A stretch of DNA of 59,823 nucleotides, counting the filler. It is 4 parts of 4 records of this genome, joined end to end, with 100 filler letters (N's around TTAATTAATTAA, not from the genome) between each part and the next. Parts side by side here need not be neighbours in the genome. Positions count along the whole stretch, not along the records: positions 19,484 to 50,755 come from SRR2962707_574; 3 more parts are not named here. One strand, 5' to 3'. The notes under the pieces were generated by a model that worked only from the letters and a program-made list of their open reading frames with translations, made no database searches and had not been told where the DNA came from. Positions 30,727 to 38,863 of this stretch are shown here, piece by piece (position 1 is the stretch's first letter; every line of letters begins with the position of its first letter). The translations under genes were made by a program, and so were the position numbers.

Positions 30727-31676
30727 AGCCCGTAAATCCGGAAGGAAGATCGGCCGGAGAGTTCGCGCACGGCGCCAAAACTTTCCAACCGCTCGAACAA
30801 GCGTGTTGCGGCCCAACGGGACAGACCGCTGCCGGATGCAGTGGCCGCAATCGCATCCTCATTGAGCAATGCCTGAATCACTGGCCCAGCCCCCTTGGTT
30901 CGCAGTTTTGGCGCAACAGCCTGAAGTTGATCGGCGCGCCGGGCAATCTCCGCCGCTGACCGCAAGGCCGCCTCGATCGCGTCAACCTGCCCCAGGCAGA
31001 TTGCTCGGGCAAAAGCCGCCTCGCCGGGACGAACCCGCCCCCGGCCACCGATCGTGCGGAAGGCTGGGCCGTAGCGCTCCGACAAAAGCAGCGGGACAGG
31101 TTTTGGCCACTTGAGTTTTTGCGCCAGAACACTGTCTGCCAGCAAAAATGCCAGCGCTTCAGCATCCGGGCGCACGGCAGTCATCGCGGCTATGAAGTCC
31201 GCCACCGCGAACGGCACTGCCCGTTGAGATTGGAGAGCAGCGTCAACCTGCCCGGCAATAGCGGCGAGATCTTCATCCCACCCAAGCGCCATCAAGTCGG
31301 CAAGCTCCCTGATAAAGGCTGTGGTGACGGTCCCGGATCTGGCCGACACCTTTTGCGTGGCCAAAAACAGCTTTCCCGCCGGTCCGGGATCGTCCCCAAA
31401 CGCGGTGAGCAGAACCGCATCGCGCAGGCCTGCTTCATCCTCGTTTCGGCCCATCATCCGGACGACAACACCGGCACACGTCAGGGCTTGCCGGGACCGC
31501 CAACATCCCACCCATGCGGGTTGCATCCGAACCAGATCATCAAGGGATTTCAGGGCGATACCGGCCGCAAATGCTGCGTCTGCTTCAGCCACGTCACGAC
31601 CGCCCGTCCGCGCCCACACAGGCAGGCCGGACAGCCGGATCGGCAGTGATGACGGGAGAGACGGCAGCGAATCCAT
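30723..31676 (-). CDS. DUF1403-like protein with C-terminal winged HTH
   Basis: [26 protein letters not shown], and the tail [33 protein letters not shown]. Family recalled from motif and context, not searched. Confidence 0.78.
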   Translation of the reverse strand: [317 protein letters not shown]

Positions 31677-31759
31677 GCCGGCGACACTACATTGCATGTG
31701 CAGTTTATGCTACCTAATTCGTTGCTAACCGCACAGCTTGTCTTCAATATATTATGACT

Positions 31760-31776
31760 GATAATGTTGCATTATC
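31760..31776. promoter_or_regulatory. Palindromic candidate recombination/binding site
   Basis: GATAATG-TTG-CATTATC between the divergent DUF1403-like and recombinase genes. Confidence 0.62.
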
Positions 31777-31795
31777 GTTCATTATGCTCTTTATA

Positions 31796-32926
31796 ATGGG
31801 AATGGCCCATATCATCAAGCAAAACACCGAAAACGACGCCCAGGAGCACTCAGCGCCGCCTCACAGCACGGCGGTTTCAGTTGATGTTTCGGGGCCGGCG
31901 AGCTTTGCAACCGAAGGCCCTGCCCTGCCCGCCCATTTGCAGGACCTCACCGATCGCGCCCGTGGCTATGTGGAGGCGGCAACTTCCGCAAACACCCGCC
32001 GCGCCTATGCCAGCGACTGGACGCATTTTTCAAGCTGGTGCCGGCGCCAGAACCTCTCGCCCCTGCCGCCGGATCCGCACGTCGTCGGTCTTTATATTAC
32101 CGCCTGTGCCACCGGCGCCGCATCGGGACCTGTCACCAAAGACAAAATACCCAATTCCGTATCGACCATTGAGCGGCGTCTGTCCTCTCTGTCCTGGAAC
32201 TATGCCCAGCGCGGCCAACCGCTCGATCGCAAGGATCGCGCCATTGCCACCGTGCTGGCCGGCATCCGCAACACCCACGCCGCCCCGCCCCGGCAGAAGG
32301 AAGCGATCCTGCCCGAAGACCTGATCGCCATGCTTGAGACTTTGGACAAGGCAAGTCTGCGCGGTTTACGCGACCGGGCGATGTTGCTGATCGGCTTTGC
32401 CGGCGGTTTGCGCCGCTCGGAAATCACCGGCCTCGACCTTGGCCGCGACCAGAGCGAGGATGGCCGGGGCTGGATCGAATGTCTCGACAAGGGCGTTCTG
32501 GTCACCCTGCGCGGCAAGACCGGCTGGCGCGAAGTGGAGATTGGCCGCGGCTCATCCCAAAGCACCTGCCCGGTTGCAGCACTCGAGACCTGGATCAAAT
32601 TCGCAAAACTCGCCAAAGGCCCCCTCTTCCGCCGCGTCACTGGCAAAGGCAAGAATGTCGGGCCGGATCGGCTGAATGATCAGGAAGTGGCGCGCCTGGT
32701 CAAACGCGCAGCCCTTGCTGCCGGCGTTCGCGGCGATCTGTCGGAAAACGACCGGGAACAGCTGTTTGCGGGCCATTCCCTGCGCGCCGGCCTTGCCTCA
32801 TCGGCCGAAGTCGACGAACGCCATGTCCAGAAACAACTCGGGCACACAAGTGCGGAAATGACCCGCAAATATCAGCGGCGGCGCGACCGGTTCCGGGTCA
32901 ATCTGACGAAGGCTGCGGGGCTGTAG
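31796..32926 (+). CDS. Cre-like tyrosine recombinase
   Basis: N-terminal SANTRRAYASDW. Catalytic R (GLRRSEI), K (RGKTG), HSLR, LGH, Y (RKYQR) all present. Start likely 31796 or 31802. Confidence 0.92.
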   Translation: MGMAHIIKQNTENDAQEHSAPPHSTAVSVDVSGPASFATEGPALPAHLQDLTDRARGYVEAATSANTRRAYASDWTHFSSWCRRQNLSPLPPDPHVVGLYITACATGAASGPVTKDKIPNSVSTIERRLSSLSWNYAQRGQPLDRKDRAIATVLAGIRNTHAAPPRQKEAILPEDLIAMLETLDKASLRGLRDRAMLLIGFAGGLRRSEITGLDLGRDQSEDGRGWIECLDKGVLVTLRGKTGWREVEIGRGSSQSTCPVAALETWIKFAKLAKGPLFRRVTGKGKNVGPDRLNDQEVARLVKRAALAAGVRGDLSENDREQLFAGHSLRAGLASSAEVDERHVQKQLGHTSAEMTRKYQRRRDRFRVNLTKAAGL

Positions 32927-32973
32927 GCAAAACATCTCCCGCGCCCCAATATGCTTTCAGCACTGCAGCCGTG

Positions 32974-33387
32974 TTAGAAGTCCCATGGAGATGTGAGGTT
33001 AAGGCCTGTCGTTTCGAAATCTGTTAGATTACGCGTTGCCAAGCGACCACCATTCACAAGCGCAATGGCGGCAATCATACCATCAGGGACCGACATTCCT
33101 CGGCCCCGGCGAGCTGCGTTTCCCATGATTTCACCATAGGCAAGTGCGGCTTCCTCGGTCAGGCCGAAAATACGGTCAGCAAAACGCCTGCGCCAATGTC
33201 GCAGCCCTTGCTCCAGCCTATCTGCGCGCTGATCCGGCCTAATCTTCTGAATACCAAAAGCTATTTCCGCTATCGTGACAGTCGGTAGCGCCAATTCGGC
33301 ATCATGCCTCGTCAGCCAGGCAATGACAGCTTCATTCGGTTGCTTCTTGAAGGTCTCGGACAGAACATTGGTATCAAGAAAAATCAA
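32974..33387 (-). CDS. vapC: PIN-domain toxin
   Basis: FLDTNVLSE, TIAEI, DGMIAAIA, LATRN..DF. Confidence 0.92.
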   Translation of the reverse strand: MIFLDTNVLSETFKKQPNEAVIAWLTRHDAELALPTVTIAEIAFGIQKIRPDQRADRLEQGLRHWRRRFADRIFGLTEEAALAYGEIMGNAARRGRGMSVPDGMIAAIALVNGGRLATRNLTDFETTGLNLTSPWDF

Positions 33388-33632
33388 AGGTCCACGCCTT
33401 GATGCGGTTTCCTATGTTCGTCGATGACTACCTCAAGATCGATGTCGGTGCCAAACTCCATAGCAAGACGCGAATAAAAGCTGGAAGCAGGTTCACGACC
33501 CGCCTCGCGGATCTCATAGGATTCAAGCGCACGCTCGACCACGTCGGCGATGGAACGGTTTTCGCGCCGGGCGAGCCGGTGCGCCAACTCCCGCGCTTTG
33601 GAGCTCCGGACGGACAATTGCGGTTCTGCCAT
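33384..33632 (-). CDS. VapB-like antitoxin
   Basis: 82 aa with RHH-like N-terminus, 4-nt overlap with the PIN toxin gene. Confidence 0.8.
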   Translation of the reverse strand: MAEPQLSVRSSKARELAHRLARRENRSIADVVERALESYEIREAGREPASSFYSRLAMEFGTDIDLEVVIDEHRKPHQGVDL

Positions 33633-33672
33633 ATCAATCTCCTAATGACCTGCAATATAAGGCAAGCTGCCT

Positions 33673-33700
33673 CTGCCATCAAGATGGCAGCTGATGGCAG
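33673..33700. promoter_or_regulatory. Putative vapBC operator
   Basis: CTGCCATC-AA-GATGGCAG perfect inverted repeat plus an extra GATGGCAG half-site. Confidence 0.6.
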
Positions 33701-33830
33701 AGCAGCAGATTTCGGAGCAACATCCTCCATGATTGTTAGAAATGACCTGGAGATTTCAGCGGCGCAGAGACCGTATCCGCTCCAATCTCCTGCAGAGCTG
33801 GACAAGCAGTCAATCTGACGAGAAGTTCGC

Positions 33831-34235
33831 TCAGTCGGCGGGCGTAATCAGCTTCAGTGAAGGGAAATATGTGCGGTAGCGGCCAACGTCGCGGGTAAGT
33901 AGTGGCAGGTCGTTAACAGCGGCATGGGCACCGATGAAGAAGTCAGGCAAGACTCCGGTCCGAGATCCGCCCGACCTGCGATACTGCGTGAACACTTTCC
34001 CGGCCAGGAACAGCGCCGCTCGCGGTATCGGAGCAATGATGAGGCCGGCTTCGCTGACAAATTGCTCGAGATGTTCGACGCGGTCATATCGAACTGCCAG
34101 TTCGGCATAGACAACATCGTTGATCAACAATGGCCCGTTGAGACTTGCTGCCTCAAGCTGGGCAAGCGACCAGTCAGCCCAGATCGGATCATCGGTAACG
34201 AGATCGAGCAGAACGTTGGTATCGACGAGTGTCAC
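33831..34235 (-). CDS. vapC: PIN-domain toxin
   Basis: LVDTNVLLD, YAEL, LPDFFIGAHA, LLTRD. Confidence 0.92.
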   Translation of the reverse strand: MTLVDTNVLLDLVTDDPIWADWSLAQLEAASLNGPLLINDVVYAELAVRYDRVEHLEQFVSEAGLIIAPIPRAALFLAGKVFTQYRRSGGSRTGVLPDFFIGAHAAVNDLPLLTRDVGRYRTYFPSLKLITPAD

Positions 34236-34465
34236 TTTTCGCCACGCGTCAACGCCATGATCGCGTCAGTGTTAAGACCTGTTCCGGCATGGCCGCGCAA
34301 CTTTGCGAAACGCGTCACCGGCGGATTTTCATCAGTGCGGGCAAGCACCACGGTGCCATCGGCGGCGCGGCGGAAGTCAACCTTGCTGCCTGGGCCGATC
34401 CCCAGCAGATCGCGGACGGGCTTCGGAATGGTGACTTGCCCCTTGGCGGTGACGGTGGTGCTCAT
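34232..34465 (-). CDS. AbrB/MazE/SpoVT-family antitoxin
   Basis: TVTAKGQVTIPKPVRDLLGI. 4-nt overlap with the toxin gene. Confidence 0.9.
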   Translation of the reverse strand: MSTTVTAKGQVTIPKPVRDLLGIGPGSKVDFRRAADGTVVLARTDENPPVTRFAKLRGHAGTGLNTDAIMALTRGEK

Positions 34466-34476
34466 GTTTGCTCCAT

Positions 34477-34506
34477 GGTAATACCTGTTTTTCTTAAGGT
34501 AATACC
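34477..34506. promoter_or_regulatory. Tandem operators of the AbrB-PIN operon
   Basis: GGTAATACC (palindromic about the central base) at 34477-34485 and 34498-34506, 21 bp apart. Confidence 0.65.
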
Positions 34507-34611
34507 GAGCCGAGCGGAACTCAATCCCTGGAGCCGGCCGCTATCAGTTGCGTAGCCATGATCATAGCAGCTCAGCTCGCCACGCGCCACCGCATGTCGA
34601 ACCCAACTCCC

Positions 34612-35922
34612 TCACCCCGCGCGCCTTTCGCCCGGTCCGTTTGCCCGAATCTGCGCCATCAGCATCGGTCCGAGCGAGAATTCGCCGCGTTCGGCGCGGC
34701 TGGTCAGGTCGCGCAGATAACCGCCGGGGGAGTTGATATGGCCGGCGCGCTCGAGAATGCAGGCAATAATCGTGCCGGCATTTTCAGGGCCGAAAATCGC
34801 GCAAGCCTCCTCGTAGGCAGACGGCGACACACCCAGCATTGAGCGCACCACCACGGCAGCCCCCATCAGATCGCGCCAGCTGTTGATTGCCCCGCCCGGC
34901 CCGTAATCGCAGATCTCGCGGCAGGCGGACAGAACCATGCCGAGCGGAAACGGTTTTTGGCCAAACCCGCCCACACCTTCGCTCCGCAGCCGGGTTTCCC
35001 CAGCATAGCCTCCCTGCCCCATTCCGGCCGAAGCCGATTTGATTTCCTTTACCGACGGCCCCAAGTTGTTCTGTTTGAGGGGTTCGGGATTTCCGCCTCG
35101 CATTTTTTCCATGCGGAGTTCAGATTCAATTAGGGACTCTGGTTTTGAATTCTGTTTATGACGCTCATTTTCATGGGCATTGCCGCTTGATTTGGTGGTT
35201 TTCAGTTGATTTTCCAACTGGTTGAGGATGTTTTCGCGCAGGAACTCTATCTCGTCGAGCGCCGCGGTCACCGCTTCCAGTGAGGGCTTGCGCGGATAGT
35301 CGGCAAAAATAGCGCGATATTCTTCCTGAACGCTCAGCCAATCGCCCTGAGCACCTTCCTCCAGTGCCGTTTCGATCAGCTTGACCACATCCCGGCGGCA
35401 GATCGTCAGGCGCTCCTTCATGCGCCGCATGTGCAAGCGCTCCGCTTCCACTTCGCTAGCCAGACGCTTGATCTCGTCAGCACGGGCCAGCAGCGGCTTG
35501 AGCGAGAAGCCGAACGCCTCGTCGATTTCACCAGCCCTGCCGCGGCGTGCGAAGCGCTTGCCATTGGCACTGTCCTTGCGCGTCAGAAGCCCGGCCGAGA
35601 CCAGCACCGAGAGATGGCGGCGGATGGTCTGCTCGGCCATGCCATTGGCGCGGCGCGACAATTGTGCATTGGAGGGAAACACGATCAGGCTATCGCCGGC
35701 CGCAAGTTCGGCTTTGGGATAGAAGCTGATCAGCGCCGAAAGCACCGCCAGCGCCCTGTCGGTAATGCCCAGCCGCGGCCGTGCTTCACACAGCGCCTGG
35801 TAGATCTTCCACTTGTCGACCTTCGCGTCTTCATCAATCTCGGCGGCCGTTATCTGGTCTGCCAACATGGCATAGGTCATCGTTCGCCGCCCAAAGGGCG
35901 TCGTGATATGATCCAGCTGCAT
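34612..35922 (-). CDS. repC: Replication initiator RepC
   Basis: TTPFGRR, VFPSNAQL, RKDSANGKRFARR, AFGFSL, SPGGYLRDLT. Internal AT-rich tract with GANTC sites at 35123 and 35135, the expected oriV position. Confidence 0.96.
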   Translation of the reverse strand: MQLDHITTPFGRRTMTYAMLADQITAAEIDEDAKVDKWKIYQALCEARPRLGITDRALAVLSALISFYPKAELAAGDSLIVFPSNAQLSRRANGMAEQTIRRHLSVLVSAGLLTRKDSANGKRFARRGRAGEIDEAFGFSLKPLLARADEIKRLASEVEAERLHMRRMKERLTICRRDVVKLIETALEEGAQGDWLSVQEEYRAIFADYPRKPSLEAVTAALDEIEFLRENILNQLENQLKTTKSSGNAHENERHKQNSKPESLIESELRMEKMRGGNPEPLKQNNLGPSVKEIKSASAGMGQGGYAGETRLRSEGVGGFGQKPFPLGMVLSACREICDYGPGGAINSWRDLMGAAVVVRSMLGVSPSAYEEACAIFGPENAGTIIACILERAGHINSPGGYLRDLTSRAERGEFSLGPMLMAQIRANGPGERRAG

Positions 35923-35981
35923 TTTCCTTCACCTTTCAAAAGGCAATAGAAATTCATTCGCCAAATTGACGCCTAAGACTC

Positions 35982-36010
35982 TTGACTGTGATTCGGGGAA
36001 GTGCGATTCT
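35982..36010 (+). promoter_or_regulatory. ctRNA promoter
   Basis: TTGACT-N17-GATTCT, antisense to repABC. GANTC sites at 35977, 35990 and 36005. Confidence 0.8.
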
Positions 36011-36016
36011 CTAGCT

Positions 36017-36068
36017 GCTAGACACGAGAAGGGCTTCCACGACGGCGACGTTTGGGGGCCTTTTTCTA
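36017..36068 (+). ncRNA. repABC counter-transcribed antisense RNA (RepE/incA-type)
   Basis: In the repB-repC intergenic region behind the promoter above. Stem AAGGGCTTCCA...TGGGGGCCTT followed by a T run. Ends approximate. Confidence 0.82.
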
Positions 36069-36078
36069 TTGCGTTGCG

Positions 36079-37134
36079 CTAACTCCGTTTATCGTTTGTC
36101 TTCGCCCTGATCTCTTCGAGATAGGCGTCGTGAATGGTTTCCATTTGTCCGGCCAGGTAGGCGACAAATTCAGGCGGAACGGATTTGGCAAAGCTCATCC
36201 GCGCACCCGCATTGCCGTAGCTCACCTCAGCCAGCTTCATGCCCTTGGACATGATGGTCTCGCGCGGCAGTGTTTTGGGCTCGGGGGCGATCGCTTTTTC
36301 AAACATGGCTGACAGCGCCAGCGCAAAGCGCTCTTCGCTCGACATGTCCACGCCGACGCTGGCCAGAAGCTCCTCTGCCACAGAGTGAGCCTGCGGGAAG
36401 GCCGTCCATTTTTCCACCAGCTCAAGCCAGCGGCGGCGGCCGATCTCGGGGGCTGGGCCAATGGCCTGCAGCAGGCTTTGCGGCAGGGTAGCGGCAATCC
36501 GGATCATCTCGGAAATATGGGATTTACCGGTCGACAAGGACGCACAGATAGTGGCCCGGTCATAGCCTGCCTTCTCCTGTGCGAAGGCAAAATTGCACTT
36601 CTCGATGAAGGTGAGGTCATTGCGGGCGGAGTTTTCCTCGCCCTGAAAGACAATGGCTTCGGCATCATCAAGCGGGCGAATGATCGCCTTGAATTTCAGC
36701 CCCAGCTTTTGCGCCGCAGCCAACCGCCGGCGGCCATAGACAATCTGGTAGCGTTGCGGATCGTCCTTGAGCGGGCGCACCAGACCCGGCACGATCTGCC
36801 CGCGCTCCCGCATGGAATTGACGAGTTCCGAAATCGCAGCCTCGTCATAGGCGCCGGCAAACCGGTCCGGAATGCTCGATGGCAAGATCACGGCCGGATC
36901 GAGTTCGCTGACATAGCCGCCATCCTTGAGCACCCGTTCGGCCAGTTCGCCGCGCTCCTGTATCTGGCGGACGCCAGCGGCGACCTTCTTCAGATGCGGT
37001 GATGTCAGGGTGCGTTCCCGGGGCCTATCGGCCTGCCCGGCGCCGGATCTCTCCCCGGGTTTGACCTCGGCCTCATCATCGCTGAGTTTGCCCAGCACAT
37101 TGGCAAACATGCCTTTGGAATCTTTCCGGCTCAT
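36079..37134 (-). CDS. repB: Partition protein RepB (ParB family)
   Basis: GQIVPGLVRP, YGRRRLAA, QGEENSARNDLTFIE, IGPAPEIGRRRW. Confidence 0.95.
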   Translation of the reverse strand: MSRKDSKGMFANVLGKLSDDEAEVKPGERSGAGQADRPRERTLTSPHLKKVAAGVRQIQERGELAERVLKDGGYVSELDPAVILPSSIPDRFAGAYDEAAISELVNSMRERGQIVPGLVRPLKDDPQRYQIVYGRRRLAAAQKLGLKFKAIIRPLDDAEAIVFQGEENSARNDLTFIEKCNFAFAQEKAGYDRATICASLSTGKSHISEMIRIAATLPQSLLQAIGPAPEIGRRRWLELVEKWTAFPQAHSVAEELLASVGVDMSSEERFALALSAMFEKAIAPEPKTLPRETIMSKGMKLAEVSYGNAGARMSFAKSVPPEFVAYLAGQMETIHDAYLEEIRAKTNDKRS

Positions 37135-38309
37135 GAGCGTCCCCATGCATTTGTCAGCAGATCCTCGATCTCTGCATTCACACCATTGATCGATTCCATC
37201 GCCCGGTCATAGGTCTTGGGCGCCGAGAACCGCGAGCGCTGCACCTCGTACAAGCTCTGCTTCCAGGTTAGCGCATCTGCCACGGCTGTGGATTTTATGA
37301 CGGTATTAAGTAACAGATCATTGCCGAAAACCTGCCGCATCAAGGCCATCATATTGGCCTGTGGATGGTCGTTTGGTTCAAACTTCGTGATCAGGAATTT
37401 TGCAAAATCCCACTCTGCCCTTGTGCCCATATCATTGAGGATCTGCATGTAAGACCCGGCGAGCTCGAGGAATTTCGCCGTTGAGTCGACATCGAGCATG
37501 TGGGCGGGAACCGGAATGAGAACGCCTGTCGCAGCAGTGAGCGAAGACAATGTCAAAAAATTCAGCGACGGGGCCGAATCCATCAGGATGACATCATAAT
37601 TGTCCTCGATCTGGGCAATCGCCTGGGCTGCCCGCAACAGAAATTCCGTGCCGCCGGATTTGCGCATTTCAAGCGCCACGGCGGTTTCGAACTCGGTGAG
37701 TTCAAGACCGGCGCAGATCACGTCAAAGCCTTCGATATGGGTCTTGTGGATCAGTGATTGCGTCGGCACAGGCTCGTCAAAGCGAATGGCAGAGTAAAAC
37801 GTGTCTCCCTCACGCGGATCAAAATCCGGCAAGGAGCCGTGAAGCGCGGTCAGCGAGGCCTGCGGATCGAGATCGATCGTCAGCACCCGATATCCTCTCA
37901 AAGCCAGATAATGGCCGAGATGAATGGTGGTCGAGGTTTTGGACGAACCGCCCTTGAAGTTGGTGACTGCAATCACCTGGCAGCCCTCGCCTTCGATCCG
38001 GCGCGGATTGATCCATTTCTTGCGGCCGTTTTCAGCCAGCAACATGCGCAGTTCGAGAATCTGTTCCACGGTATAAAGTCGGCGGCCATTGCTGGTGACT
38101 TCCGGTTCAGGCCCCCTGCCCTTGAGCGAAATCTGGCGAATATAGGCTTCCGTCACGCCGAGAAGACTTGCCACTTCCGAGGAGGCAAAGGTCCGCATGA
38201 CGCGATGCGCATCCGGTGGAAACTGCGCCAATGACAAATTGCGCAGCGCGTGATCCAACTTGTTGGAAAACGTCTGCATGAAGTCCAGACTGTTCAAATG
38301 CCGAGTCAA
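37131..38309 (-). CDS. repA: Partition ATPase RepA (ParA family)
   Basis: N-terminal HTH (GRRLYT), NFKGGSSKT, IDLDPQASL, TYDRAMES. Start TTG 38309 or ATG 38279. Confidence 0.95.
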   Translation of the reverse strand: MTRHLNSLDFMQTFSNKLDHALRNLSLAQFPPDAHRVMRTFASSEVASLLGVTEAYIRQISLKGRGPEPEVTSNGRRLYTVEQILELRMLLAENGRKKWINPRRIEGEGCQVIAVTNFKGGSSKTSTTIHLGHYLALRGYRVLTIDLDPQASLTALHGSLPDFDPREGDTFYSAIRFDEPVPTQSLIHKTHIEGFDVICAGLELTEFETAVALEMRKSGGTEFLLRAAQAIAQIEDNYDVILMDSAPSLNFLTLSSLTAATGVLIPVPAHMLDVDSTAKFLELAGSYMQILNDMGTRAEWDFAKFLITKFEPNDHPQANMMALMRQVFGNDLLLNTVIKSTAVADALTWKQSLYEVQRSRFSAPKTYDRAMESINGVNAEIEDLLTNAWGRS

Positions 38310-38353
38310 CGCGCTGCTCCGTGCTGTGTTTAGCCACTGTATTGCCCGGTATG

Positions 38354-38369
38354 GTTAACAGAAGGTTAA
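38354..38369 (-). promoter_or_regulatory. CtrA box upstream of repA
   Basis: Minus strand TTAA-CCTTCTG-TTAAC, an exact TTAA-N7-TTAAC match. Confidence 0.65.
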
Positions 38370-38485
38370 ACACTCTGTGACTACGCAAAATATCGCAAAT
38401 TTCGCTATTTGTCGTAGCTACCGATATCCCGATTCGGGAGCGGCTGCAAAGGGTTCATGATTGAGCTGAGTGGCCGGAAACGTCG

Positions 38486-38505
38486 AAGTTCCCCGCGGGG
38501 AACTT
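38486..38505. promoter_or_regulatory. parS site 1
   Basis: Perfect palindrome AAGTTCCCCGCGGGGAACTT. Core fits the repABC parS consensus GTTNNCNGCNGNNAAC. Confidence 0.85.
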
Positions 38506-38566
38506 TGGTGCTGGACACGTTTCGTGAGGCTCCATTTTCGATTAATGGCCCGTCATAACAAACCCT

Positions 38567-38582
38567 GTTCCCCGCGGGGAAC
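38567..38582. promoter_or_regulatory. parS site 2
   Basis: GTTCCCCGCGGGGAAC, identical core to site 1. Confidence 0.85.
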
Positions 38583-38863
38583 GTTGAGGAAGACCCGCGT
38601 TCCAGACCCACTCCCCCAAGCCGCGACAGCACCGATCACACACCCTCCTTGATACCCCACGCGGTTGGCGCATGGGAGTATTGTGCGAGGCAAGGGTTCA
38701 GCTGAACACGTATCAGTCGGAGTGACGTGTCAGGCTTTACGGGGCAGGGAAGCGACCAGTGGTCAACGACCAGCTGGAAGAAATTCGTGAGCAAATCAAA
38801 ATCGAGAAACTGTGCAATTGGTTGTCGAGCTTTCAAACGCCAGCCACCTTACCAGCACACCGA

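Noticed and set aside
38486-38582. GTTCCCCGC...GGGGAAC copies resembling type I-E CRISPR repeats
   Set aside because: Only two 16-bp copies, 63 nt between them, no cas genes. They fit the repABC parS consensus.
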